A stretch of 64,000 nucleotides of DNA from Spirochaetota bacterium (GCA_043803405.1 JAZDKB010000009.1:218265-282264), one strand, 5' to 3'; positions 51,139 through 61,034 are shown, counted from the first letter of the stretch. Made by a program: numbers and translations. Notes: a model not told the origin generated them from the sequence alone.

Positions 51139-51360
51139 TTAAATTTTCCCTTTATACTGTTAAAGTACCTTTAATATAAATAATTCTTATTAATATAACA
51201 TAAATTTTTATTTTCGTAAATAGTTTTATTAGTTATTATAATTTTTTATAATAAATATCTAATATTAATATTGACTTAATTTAATAGTTTATTTTAATTT
51301 TTACTATTCCCTGCTCTTCATGGTTCACACTGATTACTTATACTTTTAATTAAAAAACAT

Positions 51361-52362
51361 ATGAATGATCAATTGACTGAATCACGCGCATTTAAAATTC
51401 CAAATGACGCAAATCTGCTGGAAAGGATGAGGCTTAATATCCGCACAATGCATTACAGTTATAGAACGGAAACGACGTATGTGCACTGGATAAAGCGCTT
51501 TATACTTTACCACAATAAAAGACATCCGAAAGATATGGCAGATAAAGAGATCGCTGAATTTTTAACGCATCTTGCAGTAGATGGCAAGGTATCGGCCTCA
51601 ACTCAGAACCAGGCTATGTGCGCTATTATCTTCCTTTATAAACACATTATTCAAAAAGATATTGGGGAGATAAGCGGATTTGTGTGGGCCAAAAAGCCGA
51701 AAAAAATACCTGTGGTGTTTACCCGCAATGAAGTAAAATCAGTTCTCGGAGAATTATCCGGCAATTACAGGATAATGGCAAGCATGCTTTACGGCGCCGG
51801 GCTGCGGCTGATGGAATGCCTGCGGCTGCGTGTTATGGATATTGTATTTGAAAATTCGCAATTATTTGTGCGCGACGGCAAAGGGCAAAAAGACAGGGTA
51901 ACGCCCTTGCCGGAAATAATTAAGGCTGATTTAAAGAAGCATTTGATTAAAATAAAAGAGCTGCACAACAAAGATTTGAAAGAAGGCTTTGGGGAGGTTT
52001 ATCTTCCATTTGCACTTGAAAGGAAATATCCGAACGCAAAGAAAGAATGGGCATGGCAATATGTGTTCCCTTCATCCAGAATATCCGCGGACCCGAAAAC
52101 CGGAATTATGCGCAGGCATCACCTTGACGAGAGCGTTTTGCAGAAAGCGGTAAAGACTGCAATTATAAAAGCAGGAGTACACAAACATGCCGGCTGTCAT
52201 ACATTCCGGCATTCGTTTGCAACTCATTTACTGGAGGATGGCTATAATATACGCACTGTTCAGGATTTAATGGGTCACGAGGATTTGAATACGACTATGA
52301 TTTATACTCATGTTATGGATAAAGGAATAAACAGGGTTAAAAGCCCGGCAGATAAATTATAA
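51361..52362 (+). CDS. intI: integron integrase (tyrosine recombinase)
   Basis: HYSYRTE.TY..WI, VSASTQNQA, LYGAGLR, GKG.KDR, integron-specific insert VYLPFALERKYPNA..EW.WQYVFPS, HTFRHSFATHLL, MGH, TTMIYTH. Confidence 0.97.
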   Translation: MNDQLTESRAFKIPNDANLLERMRLNIRTMHYSYRTETTYVHWIKRFILYHNKRHPKDMADKEIAEFLTHLAVDGKVSASTQNQAMCAIIFLYKHIIQKDIGEISGFVWAKKPKKIPVVFTRNEVKSVLGELSGNYRIMASMLYGAGLRLMECLRLRVMDIVFENSQLFVRDGKGQKDRVTPLPEIIKADLKKHLIKIKELHNKDLKEGFGEVYLPFALERKYPNAKKEWAWQYVFPSSRISADPKTGIMRRHHLDESVLQKAVKTAIIKAGVHKHAGCHTFRHSFATHLLEDGYNIRTVQDLMGHEDLNTTMIYTHVMDKGINRVKSPADKL

Positions 52363-52369
52363 AATAATT

Positions 52370-52753
52370 ATGAAAATTAAAAGAAAACTAATACCCGGAG
52401 AACCGGGAACAAAGCGCTGGGTTGAAAAGTTCGGCAAAGATTTATTATGCATACGGTACAGATATGATGAGAATCAAAATATTAAATTAACTACTGCTGA
52501 AATAATAGTAAATAAAAATACCTGGGAACGAAATTCCAAAAAAATTCCCCCAAATAAGAAAATGAATATCCGTATTAATTATGAAGAGTCCAGGCTGGCA
52601 GGCATAGTTAAAGCAGCAGGCGGAAGATGGAACAGGCAAAAAAAGCTATGGGAACTTGCCTATAAAGAAGTATTAGCTCTTGGACTTGAAAAAAGGATTG
52701 TAAAATTATCTGATAAAAATAATAAATTCAATAATAAGACAGTAAATTTTTAA
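52370..52753 (+). CDS. basic 127-aa hypothetical protein immediately downstream of intI
   Basis: 7-bp gap after the intI stop; PGEPGTK...L.C.RYRYD and VKAAGGRWN...KLWEL motifs. Confidence 0.8.
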   Translation: MKIKRKLIPGEPGTKRWVEKFGKDLLCIRYRYDENQNIKLTTAEIIVNKNTWERNSKKIPPNKKMNIRINYEESRLAGIVKAAGGRWNRQKKLWELAYKEVLALGLEKRIVKLSDKNNKFNNKTVNF

Positions 52754-52754
52754 T

Positions 52755-52846
52755 ATGTCTATATTTAGACATTCTTTTGTGTCTAATACTAGACATTAGC
52801 ATTAGACATGTCTATGTTTAGACATTTTATGTCTATATATATACAT
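52755..52846. repeat. array of TGTCTA-N4-TAGACA palindromes upstream of attI
   Basis: Copies at 52756, 52780 and 52809, a degenerate copy at 52830, and an extra half-site TAGACA at 52803. Confidence 0.85.
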
Positions 52847-52863
52847 GTATGCGCAACAGAGAT

Positions 52864-52886
52864 TGCAGTATAAGAATATGTTAGGC
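52864..52886 (+). other. putative attI (core G/TTAGGC at 52880-52886)
   Basis: First GTTRRRY after intI; exact complement of GCCTAAC (58685) at the far end of cassette 1; no attC hairpin upstream. Confidence 0.75.
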
Positions 52887-52944
52887 AGTAAATTAATAAT
52901 TATTAAATCAAAAATAGGTTGGATTATTTTTTAAGAAAAATGAG

Positions 52945-55900
52945 ATGTCCTTAAACACAGCACATGAAGGATACGAGTATCAGGATTTATTAACAGCGTA
53001 TTTCATTCTTGATTGGATTCTTGAGGATGTTGAAAGCACTTTCTATATTGATAAAAAAGAATATGATTCTGATAAATTTGATGACTTAACAATTAAGAAT
53101 GATAAAGGTTCCTTTAAAAGACAAATAAAATATAGCAATCTGGAAAGTAACCATTCATTAACAAAAAAGGATTTATCTACAGATAGCTCATATAATTTAG
53201 CAATTGATGAATTATTTACATCATGGCATAATTACCCAGATAAAAATAGTTTAGATGTTAGACTCTGTTTAGCTTGGAATGAACCTGAAGATGATTTATT
53301 AGATGTATTAGAAATAGCTTCGAAGCAAAAAACATTTATTAATCATAACACCTTTCTACATAAAATAAACCCTCATAAATTATGGCCAGAAAATCAAAAA
53401 CCTATTGATACTTGGAGAAGATTCAAAGCTAAATCTGAAAACATTAACCGAGATGATTTTATTGGCTTTTGCAATGTTTTTCTAATTGAAACAAATTTTC
53501 CTAAATTTAGTTTAAATATTGATGAACCAGATAAATTAGAAAAAATTATTTTAGATCAGGTAGACCGTTTAGGCATTGGTATTTTCCCGAACAATAAAAG
53601 AAGTAAAGAGGAGTTTATTCTTTCATTAACTTCCTTAATAAGGAATTCAAGAAGTAAAGGAACTCCCATTACTACTAAAGATATTTTTAAACGATTTGAA
53701 ATAGTCACTGATTTTGGTTCTATTGAGCAAAATTTTCCAATTGATGAAAGTAAAAATATACTTCTTCATGAAAATATCTCATCTTTTATTCAAATAATTA
53801 AACTTAATAAAAAAATAATATTAACAGGAGAACCGGGTAGTGGCAAATCTTGGTTTATTAATAATCTAATTAATGAACTTAAATCAAACAATATCAATGT
53901 AATCCGTCATTATTGTTACACTGACCTTCAAGATAAATTTCAAAAAGATAGAATTCGGAGAGACATTTTTTATGGCAATCTTATTTCTGATACTCTTGCT
54001 TTATATCCTGATCTAATAAGGAAAAAACAGCAAAGATATGCAAGTAACCTAACCGAATTAAATCTGCTAATAAATAATATTGATGAACCAACTATATTGA
54101 TAATTGATGGTCTTGACCATATTCAAAGAATTTTTAATTATAGGCCATATCATGATCTTACTTTAAGTGATATAGATATAGTTAATGAAATAAATAATAT
54201 TAACACTTCTGAAAATTTATTTATCATTGTAGCATCACAACCAATTCAAGAATTAGAAAATATAAAAGAATTTTTTCAAATTTCTTTGCCTTCTTGGACT
54301 ATTGATAATGTAAAAGATTTAATGATTAAACTTTTTCTTGATGATTTGGAGATAGATGAACAAGTTTTATCTGATGTTTTATTTGAAAAAAGTTCTGGGA
54401 ATCCATTATATTTAACATATTTAATTCAGGAACTGAAAACAAAACCTGAAATTACTTTAGATATAATTAATACCCTTCCACCATACTCATATAATTTAAT
54501 AGAATATTATAATTATCTATTATCAAAACTTAATTTAAAAGAAAATGTCCCATTAGTTTTATCAGCAGTTAATTTCAATCTTACAAAACATGAATTAAAA
54601 CAAATTACAGGTCTTGGGGATTTTGTAGATGAATCTTTAAATTTATTAAAACCAGTATTAAAGCAAAATAAAACAAGTAGTGGTTATAGTATTTATCATG
54701 AAAGTTTTCGAAGATTTATTATAGAATATTTAAAATCAAAAGATATTATTGAAGAAAAAATATTTAGACCAGTAATTGACTGGCTTGAAAGTTTAGATTT
54801 TTATACATACCCCAAAGCATATCGATATTATTTACAGTTATTAATAGATAGTGGTGATTCTTTAAAACCTTTAAAATTTATCTCAAAAGATTTTATAAAA
54901 AATTGTGTATATTTTGGACATCCCTGGGAAATTATTGAGAACAATTATTATTTTTTAACCGTAGCTGGGACAGAGTCAGAAGATATTGAAAAAATTATCC
55001 TTCTTAATGAAATAAACAAAACTTTAATAGGGATAAAGGAAGAATATAATGATTATTTTTTATTTTATATTGAAGCATTCGGGCACAATAAAGATTTTGA
55101 ATCTGTTGCGAATTTCTTAGTATTTGAAGGCAATCCTACTTTAGAAAAAAAGCAAGGAATAAGAGTTTGTTATTTAATAGATTCAAATAATAAAGTAGCT
55201 CCTTGGGAATATTATTCTGATTATTTTAAGGAGGGCGAATCTATTGAGTTGGATGATTTCAAATATTATGTTCGGCTATTACTAGTTCAAAATGAAAAAG
55301 AGGCATTAAAAAATATTGCTAAAAATATCAAATCAGGAAATTTAAATGATTTTAGAACCATTTATAAAAATGAATTATCTCGGTATCAAAACATTGATTT
55401 TGTTAATGAATTAAAAAATGAAAATACTATTGTAAATGAATTAATTACTGATGAGATAAATAAAGAGGTTGATAAACAAGATTTAATAAAATTAGCAGAA
55501 GAAATTTTATCTTTTGAAAATGTATTTGATACAGAAGTACCTAAAATTCAAAACTTTTTTAAACAGATTGTAAATCAAATTATAGATAATGATACCATCT
55601 CTAAAGTAATATCGCTATTTTCTGGAATTAATTGGTTTTACAATTGGCTAATTTATTATATTAAGATTCAACAAATTAAATCATCTCAAATAATAAATTC
55701 GGATAAACTCAGATCAGCTTTTGACTTCTTAGCATACAAGACAGAACCGTTTGAGGGTAAGCCAAGAACTTGCGATTTATATTCATTAAATACTTTTATT
55801 TACAACTCATTAAATGATGGACTTTCTTTAATTAAAGATAAAAACGACTGGGAATATATTTTAAAAATATTAGAAAAGGTTAGCACTGAGACAACAACTT

Positions 55901-58602
55901 ATCTATCAAAGTCACCTGGTGGACCAATAGCAACATATAACTTTTTTAAACTTCTTGTTGAAAGCATTAATGAATATAATGCAACTATAGTTAATAAAAT
56001 ATTAGAGAAACAATATGAGGATAAAAAAAGTGATCAGTTTCATGCATATCTTTCTGAATATTGTTTTCAACTAGTCAAAACCTTTGCTTTCATAAATAAT
56101 ATAGAAAAAAGCGACTTTTATTTTAAACTCGGAGTCGATTATTTAGTTGGATATACTTGGCGTCGCGATTTAACCATAGAAGACTTAACTGAAAGTATTG
56201 CTAATTTACATCTTATTAATAATACGCTTGGAAACGAATATATACTAAAGTTGAAAGATTTAGTAGATGCAGTTGTTGAACATACTGATGGAAAGGATAC
56301 AAGGCATTTCCCAATTGAATGGTTTGAGAAATTTTATAGTATAAATCCTGAAAGTGCTTCTCGTTATCTTCTAAAAGAATTGGTCGAGACAAGATGCGAT
56401 TGGAGACTTGAATCATCATTACAGCATTTAATAATGCAATTAAACGTTAAAATTGACTCATTAACTAAATCCTTTCTTAATCAAACATTTTTAATTGAAT
56501 CAGCTGATTCATTCTTACTAGATTCGTTAAGATTATTTGACGAATTAGCTAACCCAACTGCTAAACATACTTTAATTGCTTCAATCGAAGCTAGAATATT
56601 AATAAAACAAAGTTCTGGATATTCTAAAGAACTTCAGAGAGAGCTTTTAAAGCATTCAAAAGAACTAAATTTAGCAGAAGATTATTTTTCTATTCATTCA
56701 ATAATAAATAATAAAAAGACTAATTCTATAAATTTAATAGAAAAGTTAAAAAAAGAATGCATTACTCGAAAGTCGTTCTCCGAAATGAGTACTTCTGAAT
56801 TATTAACGTATTTAAAAGACAATTCAGTTTCAGAAAGAGAAATTCAGTCGTTGGTATATGTATTTGATAATTTTCAAACTTTAAACATTGAATTAAAAGA
56901 TTTAATAAAACATTTAATAATTAAGAATGAAAAATATCCCAACGAAATAAAAATAGATTTAACACCTATATTTATTACTGAAACTGATGTATCAATATAT
57001 TTCTGGATAACTCGATTTATTTATCAAAAGAGTGGATGGCTTGAGAGTCTATTTAATATTGATGCATTTAAAACCGCTTATAAGATTAATCCTGAAAAAA
57101 GTTTAAAATATTTATTTGAGTTATTACCTGATAGTTTGAATTTAGGATATACTCGTACATTTTCTGCCAATTTATTTAATGCCTTATCAAGTGTTGGTTA
57201 TAATTCTTCAATACTTATTAAAGCATGGCTTTCTATGTATGAAATTATTGAATCAAGACTTCCATCAAGGGATATATATAATTGGGAAGCAGCATTTTCA
57301 GATGAATTAGGCATGAATTTAGATGAAATACATATCTGCCTTTTAATATGTAGATTTAAATCTTATACAGTCCAAAAATTTCAGATTGTTTTAACCGGTA
57401 TTGCAATTCTATTGTATAGTGATTCACAAAAACTAATAAAACCGTTAAAATGGTTTTTTAGAAATCATGAGTACTTTAAAAAGTCCATAATCCTGGTAAT
57501 TATAGAATTATTATCATTACACGAAGAAAAAAATGTTGGTTATGTAAAAAATTTTGAATCAGAGCTAAGAAATATTTATCCAACAGAGTATTTCTTAATT
57601 GATTATTTAATAGAATCATTATTTAACTTATCCAATCGTTTAAAAATAAAATTAAATAACGAATTAATATACCCTATTCCGGATGAAGAGGCAGATTTTT
57701 TCTTAAGATTAAATTATCGGCATCGCATCTTAGAAAGAAAGGGATTAAACATTAATAATATCTTTGGGAAATTTAAGGCGACATTTTCTAGAAAGTATAA
57801 AGAAGCTCTTGATCTGTATGGGAATAGAATGCGTGAGTGGTCAGTAAATAACCTTTATTTTTCAGACTATTTACTTGAATTGATTAATGAAGATTTCTAT
57901 AATGCTTTTAAAAGTTATCCTGATTCTAATTTAGTTTATAATGACATTAAGATCGATATTAAAACTATAATTGCTCAGTATTTATCTTTAAATACTAGGC
58001 CTAAAGATTTAAAAAAATATTCAGAATATGAGGGAAATGGTTTATATACTTCCACTTCAGAAATCTCAATTAATGAAGGATGGGTAAGAATAGGTCATTT
58101 TGAAAATGAATTAGTTGAAAAAGAACATTATAAACTCGAAAACTATAAAATATTTGGTGGAATAACTTTTAATTCTGATAATAAACCAATTTTTCCATTC
58201 TCTACTTATCGTTTGGACATGCCTAAAATATGGGAAAATATTTACCCTGATTATGAAAATCAAGAAACAATTGTATTTTCCTTAATTCAAAAGCAATTTC
58301 AATTTGAAGATTTCAAAATACTTTGGTTAAATCCTATTTTAGTTTCTAACTTTAAACTTAATGTTTGCAATTTTTTGTCAGGCTTACGGGCCACTAACGA
58401 TAATGGAGAAATTATTTTAAAATTTAATTCATGGTATACTAGCTATATTGCTTCCGATCGTATGGATGATATTATACAAGAAATACCAAAATTAGATGGT
58501 TCTGAATTATTAATACGCGAAGATTACTTTAAGAAAATTTGTGATTTATATAGTGTATCCCCTAAATATTGTATTATGCGTACGTTTAAAAATTCATCAT
58601 AA
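52945..58602 (+). CDS. cassette 1: PD-(D/E)xK nuclease + STAND NTPase + long helical sensor region (Avs/AVAST-like antiphage protein)
   Basis: GYEYQD...FDD...QIK nuclease motif, Walker A GEPGSGKS, Walker B LIIDGLD, GNPLYL; 1885 aa; AT-rich. Confidence 0.8.
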   Translation: MSLNTAHEGYEYQDLLTAYFILDWILEDVESTFYIDKKEYDSDKFDDLTIKNDKGSFKRQIKYSNLESNHSLTKKDLSTDSSYNLAIDELFTSWHNYPDKNSLDVRLCLAWNEPEDDLLDVLEIASKQKTFINHNTFLHKINPHKLWPENQKPIDTWRRFKAKSENINRDDFIGFCNVFLIETNFPKFSLNIDEPDKLEKIILDQVDRLGIGIFPNNKRSKEEFILSLTSLIRNSRSKGTPITTKDIFKRFEIVTDFGSIEQNFPIDESKNILLHENISSFIQIIKLNKKIILTGEPGSGKSWFINNLINELKSNNINVIRHYCYTDLQDKFQKDRIRRDIFYGNLISDTLALYPDLIRKKQQRYASNLTELNLLINNIDEPTILIIDGLDHIQRIFNYRPYHDLTLSDIDIVNEINNINTSENLFIIVASQPIQELENIKEFFQISLPSWTIDNVKDLMIKLFLDDLEIDEQVLSDVLFEKSSGNPLYLTYLIQELKTKPEITLDIINTLPPYSYNLIEYYNYLLSKLNLKENVPLVLSAVNFNLTKHELKQITGLGDFVDESLNLLKPVLKQNKTSSGYSIYHESFRRFIIEYLKSKDIIEEKIFRPVIDWLESLDFYTYPKAYRYYLQLLIDSGDSLKPLKFISKDFIKNCVYFGHPWEIIENNYYFLTVAGTESEDIEKIILLNEINKTLIGIKEEYNDYFLFYIEAFGHNKDFESVANFLVFEGNPTLEKKQGIRVCYLIDSNNKVAPWEYYSDYFKEGESIELDDFKYYVRLLLVQNEKEALKNIAKNIKSGNLNDFRTIYKNELSRYQNIDFVNELKNENTIVNELITDEINKEVDKQDLIKLAEEILSFENVFDTEVPKIQNFFKQIVNQIIDNDTISKVISLFSGINWFYNWLIYYIKIQQIKSSQIINSDKLRSAFDFLAYKTEPFEGKPRTCDLYSLNTFIYNSLNDGLSLIKDKNDWEYILKILEKVSTETTTYLSKSPGGPIATYNFFKLLVESINEYNATIVNKILEKQYEDKKSDQFHAYLSEYCFQLVKTFAFINNIEKSDFYFKLGVDYLVGYTWRRDLTIEDLTESIANLHLINNTLGNEYILKLKDLVDAVVEHTDGKDTRHFPIEWFEKFYSINPESASRYLLKELVETRCDWRLESSLQHLIMQLNVKIDSLTKSFLNQTFLIESADSFLLDSLRLFDELANPTAKHTLIASIEARILIKQSSGYSKELQRELLKHSKELNLAEDYFSIHSIINNKKTNSINLIEKLKKECITRKSFSEMSTSELLTYLKDNSVSEREIQSLVYVFDNFQTLNIELKDLIKHLIIKNEKYPNEIKIDLTPIFITETDVSIYFWITRFIYQKSGWLESLFNIDAFKTAYKINPEKSLKYLFELLPDSLNLGYTRTFSANLFNALSSVGYNSSILIKAWLSMYEIIESRLPSRDIYNWEAAFSDELGMNLDEIHICLLICRFKSYTVQKFQIVLTGIAILLYSDSQKLIKPLKWFFRNHEYFKKSIILVIIELLSLHEEKNVGYVKNFESELRNIYPTEYFLIDYLIESLFNLSNRLKIKLNNELIYPIPDEEADFFLRLNYRHRILERKGLNINNIFGKFKATFSRKYKEALDLYGNRMREWSVNNLYFSDYLLELINEDFYNAFKSYPDSNLVYNDIKIDIKTIIAQYLSLNTRPKDLKKYSEYEGNGLYTSTSEISINEGWVRIGHFENELVEKEHYKLENYKIFGGITFNSDNKPIFPFSTYRLDMPKIWENIYPDYENQETIVFSLIQKQFQFEDFKILWLNPILVSNFKLNVCNFLSGLRATNDNGEIILKFNSWYTSYIASDRMDDIIQEIPKLDGSELLIREDYFKKICDLYSVSPKYCIMRTFKNSS

Positions 58603-58684
58603 ACTAGTCTACTAAGGTAATTTTTAAAGATGCAATTTATTGGTAATTGATATTGACTGTAATTATTAGATGTTATAATAAAAT

Positions 58685-58706
58685 GCCTAACAATAAAATC
58701 GAGCCA
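58685..58706 (+). other. attC1 left arm (R''/L''), interrupted by the intron
   Basis: GCCTAAC AATAAAATCGAGCCA pairs with the arm at 60886-60989 once the intron is removed. Confidence 0.8.
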
Positions 58707-60885
58707 TTGAGCCATGAGTCGTTTAGAGTCAATTGTTAACCCTGCGAGAGCAGAGAGTTAACCTGTCGTACTGCCGACAGTTTCTCACCTGCCGAGAGGC
58801 AGTGCAATGTAGCCCTTGCCCGATATAATCGGACAAAAGAGCGAAGCGCGAGCGGAACTCAATTCCCGTTAGTACCATACGGGAGGGGAGCTAAGAATGA
58901 TGATACGGTTAAGATATATGAATTGCCGATAAACGCCGTTAATTTTAACAAGCGAAAGGATACTGAATGCTTAAAAGCATAAACGCTTGAACCAAAAGGT
59001 AAGGGGTATGGATGGGATGGTGGGCTTTCGTCCTACGCAGACAACAATTCCCCCGGCGAACAGGTAGAACCTAAGTCATCAAGTTGAGTTAAAGGACTAT
59101 GGAAACCCCGACTGCCTCCACAGGAAGTGGAAAGCGAGCAGTAATGCGAGCCGATAGGCAAGCGGAGGAAGTGATGTCGGAAAAAGCGAAAGCCGTTCTG
59201 TAATGGAGCGGATACGGGTTCAAGATTTGCCCGACTCGAAAGAGGGCAGACATCCGACGGGTGCTGGATCACGGGAGAGATTTTGGAAAAGATGAAATCG
59301 GAAAGGCGTGGATAGACGATGGTTGGAATACTGACCATTGACAGCCCAAAGAGCGATAGTGAGTGCTGGAAACATATTGACTGGAAGAAAGCGGAAGCTA
59401 TTGTTAATCGGATTCAAGTCAGGATCGTGAAGGCAATCAAGGCAGGGAACAAGAATAAAGTACGTAGCTTACAGCGACTCCTTGCCAGATCATTTGCAGC
59501 AAAGTTAAAAGCTGTTAAGCGAATAATATCAAATCGTGGAAGAAATACAGCGGGAGTAGACGGAGTAAAGTGGAACACACCCGCGAAACGTTGGAAAGCA
59601 GTCGAAGAGATAAATCGTAAGGACTACAAGCCGCAGCCCTTAAAACGTAAATATATACCGAAGTCAAATGGCAAGAAACGACCTTTAAGTATACCTGTTA
59701 TGGCAGACCGGGCAGAACAGGCACTTGAACAATCAGGGCTTGATCCGATAAGCGAATACACAGCGGATAAACATTCATATGGTTTTCGCAAGAAACGGTC
59801 AGTACATGACGCGATCGGCGCTTGTTACAATGCCTTAAGAAAGAAAGGAAGCGCAGACTGGATACTTGAAGGAGATATAAAAGGCTGTTTTGACAATTTT
59901 GATCATCAGTGGATGCTGGAAAATATCCCGATGAACAAGAACAAATTAAGGATGTGGCTTAAAGCCGGATACATGGAAGAAGGGAGTTATTACCCTACTC
60001 CAACAGGAACGCCGCAAGGAGGAATAATATCACCGATACTGGCGAACATGGTTTTAGATGGACTGGAAACTTTTTTAGCAAAGCATTTCAAAAAGAGAGA
60101 TAAAGTACACTTTATCAGGTTTGCCGATGACTTTGTTATCACAGGTGCAACTAAAAGAATTTTGGAAGATAAAGTCATGCCATTGGTGAAGGAATTCCTA
60201 AGAGTACGCGGGCTTGAATTATCAGAAACGAAAACGAAGATATCACATATAAATGATGGATTCGATTTTCTTGGATTCTCTGTTAAGAAATACAAAGGGA
60301 AACTTTTGATAAAACCGGCAAAGTCTAAAGTAGACGGGTTTATTGAAAAGATCAGACAAATAATAAAGTCTAACAAAAGTGTAAAGACCCGGAGTCTGAT
60401 CTATCAGTTAAATCCAGTAATACGAGGATGGGGATATTTCTATCGGCACGTGGTAAGCAGTCAAATATTTGGTGAACTGGATCATCGGATATGGGAAACC
60501 ACATGGCAATGGGCAAAGAGAAGACATCCGAACAAAGGTAAACAGTGGATCAAACGGAAATATTACCAGCATGAAGGAAACAGAAACTGGATTTTCCGTG
60601 AGAAGAATGACAAGATGAGTCTTCTCTTACTGTCGAAAATTCACATCATCCGACATGTTAAGATACAATCCAACGCCAATCCTTATGATCCGGATTGGGA
60701 CGAATATTTCAAGAGTAGATCTCTGAGACAGAAAGGAATCTTCGATCAGAGACTAGCGACAGCGATTTGATAAGATTGCCGGGTGTTTAACGATGCCTTA
60801 GCCAGGGCTTGAGCCGTACCTTTGGAAACAAGGTTGTACGGTTCTTAGGGGGCGACGGTGCGGTAACGCACCTGACCTACCCGGA
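58707..60885 (+). mobile_element. group II intron (IIB, CL-type RT without En domain) inserted in attC1; boundaries may be off by 1 nt
   Basis: Domain V GAGCCGTAC-CTTTG-GAAA-CAAGG-TT-GTACGGTTC (60811-60844); domain VI with bulged A at 60879; RT ORF inside; removal restores an attC. Confidence 0.88.
59319..60770 (+). CDS. ltrA: group II intron reverse transcriptase/maturase
   Basis: RVT_N-type WKHIDW...R.Q.RI.KA, IPK.NGK.RPL.IP, EGDIKGCFD, GTPQGGIISP, RFADDF, GFDFLG, X domain LNPVIRGW; no HNH. Confidence 0.93.
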   Translation: MVGILTIDSPKSDSECWKHIDWKKAEAIVNRIQVRIVKAIKAGNKNKVRSLQRLLARSFAAKLKAVKRIISNRGRNTAGVDGVKWNTPAKRWKAVEEINRKDYKPQPLKRKYIPKSNGKKRPLSIPVMADRAEQALEQSGLDPISEYTADKHSYGFRKKRSVHDAIGACYNALRKKGSADWILEGDIKGCFDNFDHQWMLENIPMNKNKLRMWLKAGYMEEGSYYPTPTGTPQGGIISPILANMVLDGLETFLAKHFKKRDKVHFIRFADDFVITGATKRILEDKVMPLVKEFLRVRGLELSETKTKISHINDGFDFLGFSVKKYKGKLLIKPAKSKVDGFIEKIRQIIKSNKSVKTRSLIYQLNPVIRGWGYFYRHVVSSQIFGELDHRIWETTWQWAKRRHPNKGKQWIKRKYYQHEGNRNWIFREKNDKMSLLLLSKIHIIRHVKIQSNANPYDPDWDEYFKSRSLRQKGIFDQRLATAI

Positions 60886-60989
60886 GATGCGAACCGCAAT
60901 CAAGCGACATTTTTATTGTGCCCCTAATATCGCGCTCAATTTTTCGGAAGTCGGCGTCGCGGTTCGCACTGCTCATTTTGTCGTTAGAA
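60886..60989 (+). other. attC1 remainder, ending in R' GTTAGAA
   Basis: TGCGAACCGC...GCGGTTCGCA CTG CTC ATTTT GTC GTTAGAA. Confidence 0.8.
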
Positions 60990-61034
60990 ATAATTTATCC
61001 TAAAAAAATTTATATTATTAAAAGGAGCTATACT

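Noticed and set aside
52755..52846. CRISPR array or attC sites
   Set aside because: The palindromes are 16 bp with 5-13 bp gaps and have no RYYYAAC/GTTRRRY boxes
59319..60770. Retron, DGR or defence-associated RT partnered with the STAND gene
   Set aside because: It has a maturase X domain and flanking intron domains V/VI; no TR/VR pair or msr-msd was seen
58707..60885. Class IIC-attC intron
   Set aside because: Same orientation as the cassettes, full-length AGC-type domain V, EBS2 candidate and CL-type RT N-terminus
60918..61034. N-terminal extension of the cassette 2 ORF
   Set aside because: Runs through attC1; the RBS and signal peptide point to ATG 61035
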